From a virus, in the IMG/VR virus record IMGVR_UViG_3300032516_000005: DNA of 64,000 bases; one strand, written 5' to 3'. The notes beneath the pieces were generated by a model. That model searched no databases, was not told the DNA's origin, and saw only the letters and a program-made list of their open reading frames with translations. A program made the position numbers and the translations under genes. How positions within the stretch are numbered: the stretch's first letter is position 1; each line of letters begins with the position of its first letter. Shown piece after piece: positions 19,135 through 27,112 of the stretch.

Positions 19135-19150
19135 GATCGTGTGCGCGATC
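19135..19150 (-). promoter_or_regulatory. GATC-box with downstream -10
   Basis: GATCGCGCACACGATC-GGTGA-TAGGCT-N6-GTG on the minus strand. Confidence 0.75.
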
Positions 19151-19190
19151 ACCGCTTTCGGTCCATGCAGCACGTAGTAGGGTCGCGGCC

Positions 19191-19769
19191 ATGACGCTCG
19201 AAGCCCTGATCGCCGCCATCATCGCGATGTCATTCAACCTGTCGCCAGAACAGGCACGCATTCACGTCGAGGCCGCTACAGCTGCAGCCGCTGAATACGC
19301 GCTTCCCGTCGAGCTTTTGCTTGGTGTCGCCTACGTCGAGTCACGCTTCGATGAGCGTGCCTTGAGTCGCGTGGAGTGCGCGTCCAAGGATCCGACTAGC
19401 TGCGCACGCAAGACAGGCGTCTGGCCATACGCTACGAAACCGCCGAAGGCGCGTCCCAGTTGGTATTGCGGGCCGTTGCAAAGCGGAGGCTACGTGCCGT
19501 GGGCTGAATGCCAGAAGATGCGCACCGACGTCGCATACGGCTACCGTGCGGGTGCACAAGAGCTGGTGACGTGGATGAACGACAAGCACTGCCAAAGTCT
19601 TGGCGTCGATGACCGACTGCGCTGTGCGCTCGCAGGGCACAGCGCTGGCAACGCAGGCGTTGCAGCGTACCGGACAGTCAAGTACGCCGACTGGGCGCTC
19701 CTTGGGCGTGACCGCGTCGTCAAGTTCGCGAACTACGCTGCACGTAAGGCTCAGCAGCCTGGCAGCTAG
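19191..19769 (+). CDS. SLT-like lytic transglycosylase with N-terminal signal or anchor
   Basis: LLLGVAYVESRFD catalytic Glu motif, GPLQ, ALAGHSAG. Confidence 0.7.
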   Translation: MTLEALIAAIIAMSFNLSPEQARIHVEAATAAAAEYALPVELLLGVAYVESRFDERALSRVECASKDPTSCARKTGVWPYATKPPKARPSWYCGPLQSGGYVPWAECQKMRTDVAYGYRAGAQELVTWMNDKHCQSLGVDDRLRCALAGHSAGNAGVAAYRTVKYADWALLGRDRVVKFANYAARKAQQPGS

Positions 19770-20173
19770 TTCTTGGCGATGGCGCAAGACGGATTGTAGG
19801 TCGAGGCTTGACCCGGTCCGACGATCGAGTGCGGGTCCCAGAACAGCACGTTGATCGTGACGGGCGTGTGCCCGGTGACAACGAACACGACCTTGACAGT
19901 CCCGTCCGCTGGGTCGACGAACGGCTCACCGTGCGTGACGACCGACCACGCTGCGAGCGGCGCCTGCGGGATGACCTGCACGCGCGAAGCAGGAAGGGAT
20001 CCGTCGGGCGGTCCCGGCGGCGCGATCGTGATGCCGAGGGGCGGCTCGTTCGGAGACATGCCCGCGAAGCTCTTGTTGACCTGGGTGAGTCCCGTGTCGA
20101 TCGTCGTGTTGACGCAGTTGGTCAACGTGATGCGTCGCCGATTCCAAAGAAGTGCGCCTGCCTTCGTACCCAT
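19766..20173 (-). CDS. Beta-rich protein, paralogue of 60159..60542 (putative virion protein)
   Basis: KAGALLW...INVLFWxPH.IVGPGQA.TYNP shared. Confidence 0.75.
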   Translation of the reverse strand: MGTKAGALLWNRRRITLTNCVNTTIDTGLTQVNKSFAGMSPNEPPLGITIAPPGPPDGSLPASRVQVIPQAPLAAWSVVTHGEPFVDPADGTVKVVFVVTGHTPVTINVLFWDPHSIVGPGQASTYNPSCAIAKN

Positions 20174-20236
20174 GATGTCCTCCTAGACCGTGACCGGAGT
20201 CGCGAAAATGCGACGAGGTGACATCAAACTACACCC

Positions 20237-20252
20237 GATCGCGCACACGATC
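20237..20252 (-). promoter_or_regulatory. GATC-box with downstream -10
   Basis: GATCGTGTGCGCGATC-GGGTG-TAGTTT. Confidence 0.75.
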
Positions 20253-20269
20253 AACGGGTCGTAGTGGCG

Positions 20270-20716
20270 TTACCAGTCCGAGTCCATCGGGTCGGTTGCG
20301 CGCTTTGGATCACCTGAACGGCGATACAACCAAACACCGCCGGCTGCGAGTACGATGCCCGTTGCGAGTGCGCCGCCGAGGATCATCAAGCCCGCCACGA
20401 GTGGCGTCTGCTTGGCAAAGAAGTCGGGCGCGTCACCGGGCGCGTCACCGAACTGTTGACGTTGGTACGGGATCACTTGCTGCCCGCCATCGGCGACGGT
20501 GTAGTAGTTCGGGTCGCAGTAGTTACAGATGGGCCCCCGCGCGGGATAGCGCCGTCGGTACATGATGGGCGTGCCGCCGGGACCGAACACCGTGGTGGCC
20601 ACGCGGGTCGGACCGATGATCGACTGACTTGGCGCGAGCGGCGAGCCGGCTGGCGGGTACGAGAACGTCGGCATCGCGCTGAGGTCCGGACCTTCGAGTG
20701 TGAAGACATGGGGCAT
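20270..20716 (-). CDS. Membrane-anchored protein with RQQFG motif
   Basis: GAGGAG RBS; C-terminal TM then YRR. Confidence 0.7.
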   Translation of the reverse strand: MPHVFTLEGPDLSAMPTFSYPPAGSPLAPSQSIIGPTRVATTVFGPGGTPIMYRRRYPARGPICNYCDPNYYTVADGGQQVIPYQRQQFGDAPGDAPDFFAKQTPLVAGLMILGGALATGIVLAAGGVWLYRRSGDPKRATDPMDSDW

Positions 20717-20750
20717 TGGGGTCGGCTCCTCGGGTGCTCTAACGTACCAT

Positions 20751-20766
20751 GATCGCGGACGCGATC
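20751..20766 (-). promoter_or_regulatory. GATC-box with downstream -10
   Basis: GATCGCGTCCGCGATC-ATGG-TACGTT. Confidence 0.75.
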
Positions 20767-20767
20767 G

Positions 20768-21346
20768 TTACTTGCTACGGCTGCCACCGCGCAGCGGCGT
20801 ATCGAGTGGAAAGTGCTTCGCGAAGCTGCCCACCCAGCGGTCGGGCTGCGGCTTGCCCTTCTTTGGTGGCACGGGGACGGCGTGACCGTCACGGCGCCAA
20901 ACCGCACACGCCGCATTGGCCTGCTTGACTGCTTCGGCCGGGGTAGTCACGTCGACGCGAAAGCCTGCCTGTTTCTCGGTGGTACAGAACCGTAAGAACG
21001 GCTGACCCTGATCGAACGCGAGCTGTACGGGGCAGCCCTTGCGCTTGAGCGCGCCTGCGCACGGCTTGGGGCACTTCTTGATCTTCTTCTTGCCCTTGTC
21101 CTTGCCCGACTTGACGATAGTCTCGCCGCAGTTTTTGCCGTCGACAGCGTCGACGGTCTTGCTCGTCGAACGGTACTCCCGCGCGAGATCCCAACCGCCT
21201 TCCCCGCCACGGCGTTCGCCGACGATCGCACAGGCCTTGGCGTCGGTCTGACCTGTCTTGCCGGGCTTGCCACCAACGACGACGCGCAGACACGGCACGC
21301 TGGACGTATCGAGCTTTGCCTTGGGGGTTTTCTTTTCTTTCGCCAC
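20768..21346 (-). CDS. Lys/Cys-rich basic protein
   Basis: AAGGAG RBS before GTG (MAKEKKTPK). Confidence 0.7.
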   Translation of the reverse strand: MAKEKKTPKAKLDTSSVPCLRVVVGGKPGKTGQTDAKACAIVGERRGGEGGWDLAREYRSTSKTVDAVDGKNCGETIVKSGKDKGKKKIKKCPKPCAGALKRKGCPVQLAFDQGQPFLRFCTTEKQAGFRVDVTTPAEAVKQANAACAVWRRDGHAVPVPPKKGKPQPDRWVGSFAKHFPLDTPLRGGSRSK

Positions 21347-21357
21347 GGTGGACTCCT

Positions 21358-23832
21358 TCAGTGCAACGAGTAGTTGACGATCTCGTTCGGGGCGATCCAG
21401 CACGCGCGACAGCCTTTGCCGTCAGGTCCACCGAGACCCGGCGGGGCAACAGCTTTGCGGCACGTGTGGCCCTTGTCGTCCGTCGCGTACGCCTGGCAGT
21501 TGTGTACGAGGAGCCCGCCTGCAACGAATTCAGGGTTCTCTCCAGCGACTTCCAGATCCCATGTGGGAACGTTGAGCCCGTCATTCACGATTCGCCGAAC
21601 CGCGACAGTCCGCGTACGTGTGCGTTCCGGAACCTGTAACGCAGCGGCGACTGCGCGCTTTTCATCGTTCAGAATTTGGGCTTCCTGTGCGATGCGAAGC
21701 GCGGCAGCACTACGACCGAGAATCGTGATGAGTGTCTTGTGTGGTTCGCGGTGCACTTCCGAGAACGAGCATCGCGCGCCCAGAGAAGACCACAACAACC
21801 CCAGCTCCGTCGCAAGTGCCGGAGAGGTCGTGTACATGCAGACGTCACCACCCCCCTCGCGACGCACCTTCACGGACCCGTCTGCGCTGAGGAATCCTGC
21901 AAGGAACCCGAGCTGTGCACTGCGTGGTGCTTGTAGAAGTCCCGTGGGAAGGCGCCGTGCCGATGAACCAACGCCGTGACCGTAACCAAACGCGTGCAGG
22001 TACCGTGTGAGTTGTGCACTTGACCAGATGGCACGATGCGCGACCCGTTCATGATCAACAAGATCGTTCGCAGCCATCACGCGCTCATCGAAGCGCGCAC
22101 CGTAGCCGATCCACGATTTGATGACGTGGTCGAGCTTTTGGAGATCCATCAACTTTGCGGCACCAACACCGACTTCAACAGAACCGTCAGCGCGAAAATG
22201 TGCATCACCTGCGAAGTAGCCGAGGACGGCCCCGAGATCGCGCGTCCAGTGTTCAGGGAACGTTGCGACGGTCGATGTGCTACCTGCCCCACGACGATCA
22301 AAGGTGCGATCCCATTCCGATACCGCAACAGGTGTTTCGTGTGAAGCACCTGCATCTTCGGGCATAGCGATCAACTTTGTACCCTCGACGAGTTCGCCTG
22401 CTTCAATCCAGTCTTCAGCGCCCGCGAGGCGGTGATCTGGTGTGACACGCAAACGATGCCCGCCAGTTGTTTCGACGACGAGGGTGGCTTTGACACCGCG
22501 AGGTTCAGCACGGACGACGTCGCGCCAACCGTCACGTGTCATAACACTGTCGCCGATCTTGACGTTCTCGATGTTGACGAGCCCTTGCTGTTGCACGTGA
22601 ATTCGCGTGCCTTCGGCAACGCAGTTCCACGTGTAGCGCAGGTCGGGGCCGGTCATCTTCGGCGGGAACCGCTTCGCGCGATCGTAGACGTACTGCTCCA
22701 GCTCGGGTTCCATGCCGAGGTTCTGTTCGACTTGCAGAACCGTCGTCGCACCTGCCCAACCGGGACCGAGATTCTCCGGACCAGCTGCGTTCACTTCGTA
22801 CGCACTTGGACGGATGATCAGGTTGTTGGCGCTGCGCGCGTGCGGCGCATTGATCTCGTTGACAAGATCAATGCCCCAGCTCGTGGCCCAGATCCGCGAC
22901 GGCGCCCAGAACGTGATGTCCGGTAGCCGATCTGCGATCTGCTTCCACTGCTTCAGGTACTTTGGGCTGAAGAAATCTCCTGAGTCATGGATGCGGAAGA
23001 ACCGTCGACCTGTTGGCTCAGGTGGCAGTGGTTGCACCTGTTCGACGATCGTGATCTCACCCGTCTCGGGGTTGGTGATGGCCTGCTCCTCTTTGACGGT
23101 GCCGCCATTGAGCAGGTAGTCGACGTTGTTGATCGCGTAGACCATCGTCTCGATGAACGCGGTTGACCGACTACCGTCAGGTGCAGGTACTTCGAAGTCG
23201 ATCGCCTGACGCGCCCACAGGAAGCGCAGTGTCTGAGCGAACTGGACCTGACCTGTCGAGTACTGCCCGCCGGTCGCGTAGCACTGCTCGCAGATCGCCA
23301 GCGCGAGATTGACGGGCGTGCTCTGCGGACGCTTGAGGCCGATGTTGACCAACCGCGCATTCGCGCTGCGATCTCCGGGCGGTGCGATCGACTGTCCCGC
23401 GATGGCACCGGGGCATGCACCGCCGATCTGGGGCGCGCCTGCGGGGATGCTCCAGCTCGGGGCGTTCATCTTCGATGTCCACGACAGGAGTTTGTACTGT
23501 TGGACGTTGGGATCCGTCGCTGGATTCCATGCGGGACCGGGACCGATTGGCCGATCGAGAACGAGGTAGACGTTCCTGGTGTCCTTGTCCTTGATGTTGC
23601 CAGGGTGCACGGTGAACTGCAGATCCTGCAAGCTCTCGAACACAGCCTCGCGCACGAAGACCAGCCCAAGCAGGCCGGCATGCGCGTCGGAGAGAACAGC
23701 CTGTGGTGCAGGACACGCAGGATGATCTTCACCGAACTCGTCGCCGCTCAACGAGCCGACGCACATGTCGTAAGCGCGCTCGATCGGCGTGACGTCTTCG
23801 GGAACTTCGAGATGTGGAATGATCGCGGCCAT
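21358..23832 (-). CDS. GP88-like Cys-cluster protein containing an intein
   Basis: SKMNAPSWSIPA..CPGA..ICEQCYA..FRIHDSGDF..W..CRACW..Y..H pattern. Confidence 0.75.
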   Translation of the reverse strand: MAAIIPHLEVPEDVTPIERAYDMCVGSLSGDEFGEDHPACPAPQAVLSDAHAGLLGLVFVREAVFESLQDLQFTVHPGNIKDKDTRNVYLVLDRPIGPGPAWNPATDPNVQQYKLLSWTSKMNAPSWSIPAGAPQIGGACPGAIAGQSIAPPGDRSANARLVNIGLKRPQSTPVNLALAICEQCYATGGQYSTGQVQFAQTLRFLWARQAIDFEVPAPDGSRSTAFIETMVYAINNVDYLLNGGTVKEEQAITNPETGEITIVEQVQPLPPEPTGRRFFRIHDSGDFFSPKYLKQWKQIADRLPDITFWAPSRIWATSWGIDLVNEINAPHARSANNLIIRPSAYEVNAAGPENLGPGWAGATTVLQVEQNLGMEPELEQYVYDRAKRFPPKMTGPDLRYTWNCVAEGTRIHVQQQGLVNIENVKIGDSVMTRDGWRDVVRAEPRGVKATLVVETTGGHRLRVTPDHRLAGAEDWIEAGELVEGTKLIAMPEDAGASHETPVAVSEWDRTFDRRGAGSTSTVATFPEHWTRDLGAVLGYFAGDAHFRADGSVEVGVGAAKLMDLQKLDHVIKSWIGYGARFDERVMAANDLVDHERVAHRAIWSSAQLTRYLHAFGYGHGVGSSARRLPTGLLQAPRSAQLGFLAGFLSADGSVKVRREGGGDVCMYTTSPALATELGLLWSSLGARCSFSEVHREPHKTLITILGRSAAALRIAQEAQILNDEKRAVAAALQVPERTRTRTVAVRRIVNDGLNVPTWDLEVAGENPEFVAGGLLVHNCQAYATDDKGHTCRKAVAPPGLGGPDGKGCRACWIAPNEIVNYSLH
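21499..22623 (-). mobile_element. Intein with LAGLIDADG endonuclease (375 aa) in the GP88-like gene
   Basis: TWN|CVAEGTRI, VTPDHR, LGYFAGDA, LAGFLSADG, TWDLEV...LVHN|C. Confidence 0.92.
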
Positions 23833-23834
23833 GA

Positions 23835-24095
23835 CTAGCGTCTTCCCTTCGAGCTAGCGCACGCCTTTTCGATCATGCGCCAACCTTTGGCTGTCGGTTG
23901 GTAACGTTCCGGTCCCGGTCCACCTGTTGCCGTCCAACCGATGAGTTTGTTGCGCTTGAGCCACGACAGCATCGTCTTCCGATCCTTGATCTGCACGTAT
24001 TCACGCAGCTCACTGGCCGTGAACGAACGGTTGTGTGCCACCGTGCCGATCTTGCAGATCGACGTGACGGAAGGCTTGTAGCGACCTTTCGCCAT
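23835..24095 (-). CDS. Small basic protein, winged-helix-like
   Basis: LKRNKLI...YQPTAKG. Confidence 0.6.
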   Translation of the reverse strand: MAKGRYKPSVTSICKIGTVAHNRSFTASELREYVQIKDRKTMLSWLKRNKLIGWTATGGPGPERYQPTAKGWRMIEKACASSKGRR

Positions 24096-24097
24096 GA

Positions 24098-24592
24098 CTA
24101 GCGACTCCTCTTGCGGCGGCGGCGCCCGATCGCAGCTCCGGCGTCATCGCGCACGCAGTGCATCGTGAACTCGTACGCTGCATCCTTGATCGCCGTTGCG
24201 GGCTTGTAAGCCTTGCCGCCAGCGTGCGTGCTCGCGTCGTACCGCCCGATCGCTTGCTGCATCTCGGCGTAGGACATCTGCGCAGCCGTACAGCGACCGT
24301 TGCGCGCCTTGTTGACAGTGTTCGCCGCGGCGTACTCGATGTCGCGCGATGCCCGTGAAGCCTCGGTGGTGTGTGTAGCTGCAGAGCTGCCGAGGCCGCT
24401 CCGCTTGGCGCTGACCTTGACGATGTTGCGCTCGTCAGCGATGCCCGGTGTCCCGTGCTTGCCACCCATGTTGAGCACCCAGCCACCGTGGCTGGAGCGC
24501 ATCACGGCGCGCCCGGTGCGCTCCTTGCCGAACCGATCGACGATGGTGACACGGTCCCCAGGACGAACGTCGTTGATTGACTTGCGCGCCAT
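24098..24592 (-). CDS. Basic two-domain protein (SH3/KOW-like N-domain, SGLG linker, Arg tail)
   Basis: VRPGDRVTIV; ends AIGRRRRKRSR. Confidence 0.65.
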   Translation of the reverse strand: MARKSINDVRPGDRVTIVDRFGKERTGRAVMRSSHGGWVLNMGGKHGTPGIADERNIVKVSAKRSGLGSSAATHTTEASRASRDIEYAAANTVNKARNGRCTAAQMSYAEMQQAIGRYDASTHAGGKAYKPATAIKDAAYEFTMHCVRDDAGAAIGRRRRKRSR

Positions 24593-24594
24593 GA

Positions 24595-24876
24595 CTAGCG
24601 CTTTCCCTTCCGACGGCAGCGCTTGCCACGACAGCGCTTGCCAAGGCCGCCAGTGCTCCAACACTCGTTGCGATTGCACTCGGCGACGACCTTCTGCATG
24701 CCCGGCAGCCCGTGCGTGACCTTGCAGATCGCGTTCGGGAACTGCTTCGAGCACTTGTGGCCTGCAGCGAGCGCGGCACTTTCTGAGTTATGGAAGCTGC
24801 GCTTCCAGTGCGCGGGACCGCTGACGACGAAGCGATCGGATGAGCCGAGGGACTTCTTGCGACGACGCTTAGCCAT
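24595..24876 (-). CDS. Small very basic protein
   Basis: MAKRRRKKSLG...GGLGKRCRGKRCRRKGKR. Confidence 0.65.
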   Translation of the reverse strand: MAKRRRKKSLGSSDRFVVSGPAHWKRSFHNSESAALAAGHKCSKQFPNAICKVTHGLPGMQKVVAECNRNECWSTGGLGKRCRGKRCRRKGKR

Positions 24877-24878
24877 GA

Positions 24879-25115
24879 TCAGCGGTTCCTCTTCTTGGTG
24901 CTGTTACGACGACGCTTACGTCGTCCAAAGCTCGTGGGACACGCCGTGGGCGTGACAGGTGTCTCGACATCGTGCAGCGGCATCGGCCGCTTGCCACCGG
25001 GGATCAGGATCGTGTGGTGTGCATCGACTTTTCGACGGGTCGCGCGTTTCGCGCCGGCATCGAACGCGAAGCACGCGCCAACAGGCAGGTCTTCGAATGC
25101 GGGACGGCGCGCCAT
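24879..25115 (-). CDS. Small basic protein
   Basis: MARRPAFEDL...SFGRRKRRR. Confidence 0.6.
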   Translation of the reverse strand: MARRPAFEDLPVGACFAFDAGAKRATRRKVDAHHTILIPGGKRPMPLHDVETPVTPTACPTSFGRRKRRRNSTKKRNR

Positions 25116-25117
25116 GG

Positions 25118-25369
25118 CTAGCGCTGCCTCTTCGCGCGCAGCTGACACGAGCTGGCGCGAAGCCGCCAGTCCTTCTTGTACTTGCGCATCAGCGCCGCAC
25201 GCATGTTGTGCTCGGCGCCGGCACAGCCATGCTGCTTCTCAGCGTTGACGTCGACGTAGAGATGCTCGGTGCCTGTGGTCGGCACACGGAGCCCGGCGCG
25301 CCGTAGCTTACGCCCCCACTCGACGACGTTGACGGGTCCGACCCAGACTTTCAGTCGATACGTCGCCAT
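25118..25369 (-). CDS. Small basic protein
   Basis: 83 aa, tight junctions. Confidence 0.6.
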   Translation of the reverse strand: MATYRLKVWVGPVNVVEWGRKLRRAGLRVPTTGTEHLYVDVNAEKQHGCAGAEHNMRAALMRKYKKDWRLRASSCQLRAKRQR

Positions 25370-25621
25370 CTAGCGCCTACGCCGACGTCCCAAGCCCGTG
25401 TTCGGGCAGCTGCACCGACCGGCGATGAAGGTTTCTGCGTCTTTCCGGCCCAGTGCCGTATAGATGCCGTTGCCAGGACCGAAATAGTCCTGCTTGTGCC
25501 GTGTGGGACCGTCGTAGAATCGATAGCGCGTGACGCCGTCACCAGGCGCGTACGTCGCGACGGACAGGCCACACCGATCAGCCTCGGCAGCAAGCGATGA
25601 AGTTTTGCGTTTGGCGGCCAT
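25370..25621 (-). CDS. Small basic protein
   Basis: AAGGA RBS; TYAPGDGVTRYRF; ends TGLGRRRR. Confidence 0.65.
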   Translation of the reverse strand: MAAKRKTSSLAAEADRCGLSVATYAPGDGVTRYRFYDGPTRHKQDYFGPGNGIYTALGRKDAETFIAGRCSCPNTGLGRRRRR

Positions 25622-25652
25622 GCGCGGTTCCTTTGATCACTGGAGTAGGAAG

Positions 25653-25693
25653 CACAAAGGCCACGTACGACGCTATCGCACGTGGCCTCTGTG
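25653..25693 (-). other. Intergenic RNA hairpin, 18-bp stem and 5-nt loop
   Basis: CACAAAGGCCACGTACGA-CGCTA-TCGCACGTGGCCTCTGTG; both mismatches become G-U pairs on the minus strand. Confidence 0.65.
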
Positions 25694-25715
25694 TAGGACT
25701 AGCGCCGAGGAGCGC

Positions 25716-25949
25716 TTAGCGCTTCTTCGCGCGGATCGCGCAGCTCTTGCGACCCTTGGCCCAGCGGTAGCCCTTCTTGAGCCGACCGTTGGCCTTCACG
25801 CCGGCAGCGCTGCAGCCGGTTGCCCGGCCACCGAGCCCGCGGGCCTTGCGACGACGGCGACCCACGAGGGTGGGCAGCTGGCCCATGTGCTTGCGGCGGC
25901 GACGACGCTTACCGAGACCGTCGCCCAGAGTTGGGGTTTCCATGTTCAT
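25716..25949 (-). CDS. Protamine-like very basic protein
   Basis: LGDGLGKRRRRKH...GRRRRK...GRLKKGYRWAKG. Confidence 0.65.
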   Translation of the reverse strand: MNMETPTLGDGLGKRRRRRKHMGQLPTLVGRRRRKARGLGGRATGCSAAGVKANGRLKKGYRWAKGRKSCAIRAKKR

Positions 25950-26014
25950 TCTTCTTTCTGGAGGTTGATCCCTCAAGTCGGCGACGCCTTCTCGACGGGT
26001 GTTTCGCTCAAGAA

Positions 26015-26060
26015 GATCCCACGAGCGATCGCCGACGTCAAGATGATCGCTGCCGCGATC
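26015..26060. promoter_or_regulatory. Tandem GATC-boxes, starts 30 bp apart
   Basis: GATCCCACGAGCGATC (26015-26030) and GATCGCTGCCGCGATC (26045-26060) in a divergent intergenic region. Confidence 0.7.
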
Positions 26061-26121
26061 GTCGTCATGTTGCCATGCACCTAACAACCACGATTGAAGC
26101 TACACTCGCAGCCTTCCAACA

Positions 26122-26835
26122 ATGCCAGCCCTCAAACCACGCGAAAATCCGCGCAAGGTGTTCAAGCACCGGCACCGCGAACGTGGTCCCAGTCGGCTGT
26201 TCACGTTCGATGATCTTGCAGCCGCTGCGACCGAGGCACCCGCAACCACGCGTTCAAAGCTCCGTACGACTACCGATGCTCGCACGGCCGCGCTGTACAT
26301 CACCGAGGCATTGACGCGCCGATCACAGAAGCTCACTGATGACGAAGCTGTCCAAGTCCTCAAGGGGCAGGCGACATTGAAGGAGTGGCGAGGGCGCTGG
26401 CCGCGGTTCGATTTGTACCGCTGCGGTTACCCGAGCTGTCCAGCCACGATGATGGAACCGGGGCTCTGCGCACTTCACGGTGGAACGCTTCAACCGTTCG
26501 CCAAGATCGTCGATGACCACTTCATGATCCTGACTGGCCGTGAGTACACGCCGCTCTGCCGCGTGATCTTCGGTGTCATCGGCTCGGGCGCAGTTGAACA
26601 CGTAGATAAAAACCCGTGGAACAACCATCCGGACAACCTGATCGTGCCTGTAGATGGTCACGTACGTTCATCGCGTCGTAACCGTTGGTCGTACGGATAC
26701 CGCGAGCTGGCGACGCTGTTCGATCTGTCTGAAGACAGTACCCGGCAAGTGGTGTCGCGAGGAATCGTCAACCCAGCATCGCTCGACAGTGTGACGAGCT
26801 TCTGGTGGCTGCGGCAGGACCGTCGACGACTGTGA
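26122..26835 (+). CDS. HNH-like domain protein with flanking HTH-like segments
   Basis: VEHVDKNPWNNHPDNL; CxxxxC...C..H; YGYRELATLFDLSEDSTRQ. Confidence 0.6.
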   Translation: MPALKPRENPRKVFKHRHRERGPSRLFTFDDLAAAATEAPATTRSKLRTTTDARTAALYITEALTRRSQKLTDDEAVQVLKGQATLKEWRGRWPRFDLYRCGYPSCPATMMEPGLCALHGGTLQPFAKIVDDHFMILTGREYTPLCRVIFGVIGSGAVEHVDKNPWNNHPDNLIVPVDGHVRSSRRNRWSYGYRELATLFDLSEDSTRQVVSRGIVNPASLDSVTSFWWLRQDRRRL

Positions 26836-26839
26836 GCCG

Positions 26840-27112
26840 TTAGAGCGGTGTCCGCAGTCGACCGTGACACGCCGGACACACACGAATGGCGCGACCGCCA
26901 CGCTGGATGTACGTGCCTTTTTGTGTCGGCAGCAGGCAGCCACAACCCATGCACAAGATCTTCTCGACTCCGTGACGGTGCGCCATCTCCCAGGAGATGT
27001 GCCACATGCCCGTCAATGACGCTGCGACGAGAGCGTCACGCAGGGTCTTGAGCGTGGTGCCGTCGGCAAAGACGTGGTTATCGTCACGGATGATCACGCG
27101 CGGCATGCTCAT
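26840..27112 (-). CDS. Small Zn-finger protein
   Basis: CMGC...CPAC. Confidence 0.55.
   Translation of the reverse strand: MSMPRVIIRDDNHVFADGTTLKTLRDALVAASLTGMWHISWEMAHRHGVEKILCMGCGCLLPTQKGTYIQRGGRAIRVCPACHGRLRTPL

Noticed and set aside
25973-26080. Small hydrophobic ORF MTTIAAAIILTSAIARGIF...
   Set aside because: Coincides with the two GATC-boxes; better explained as regulatory DNA
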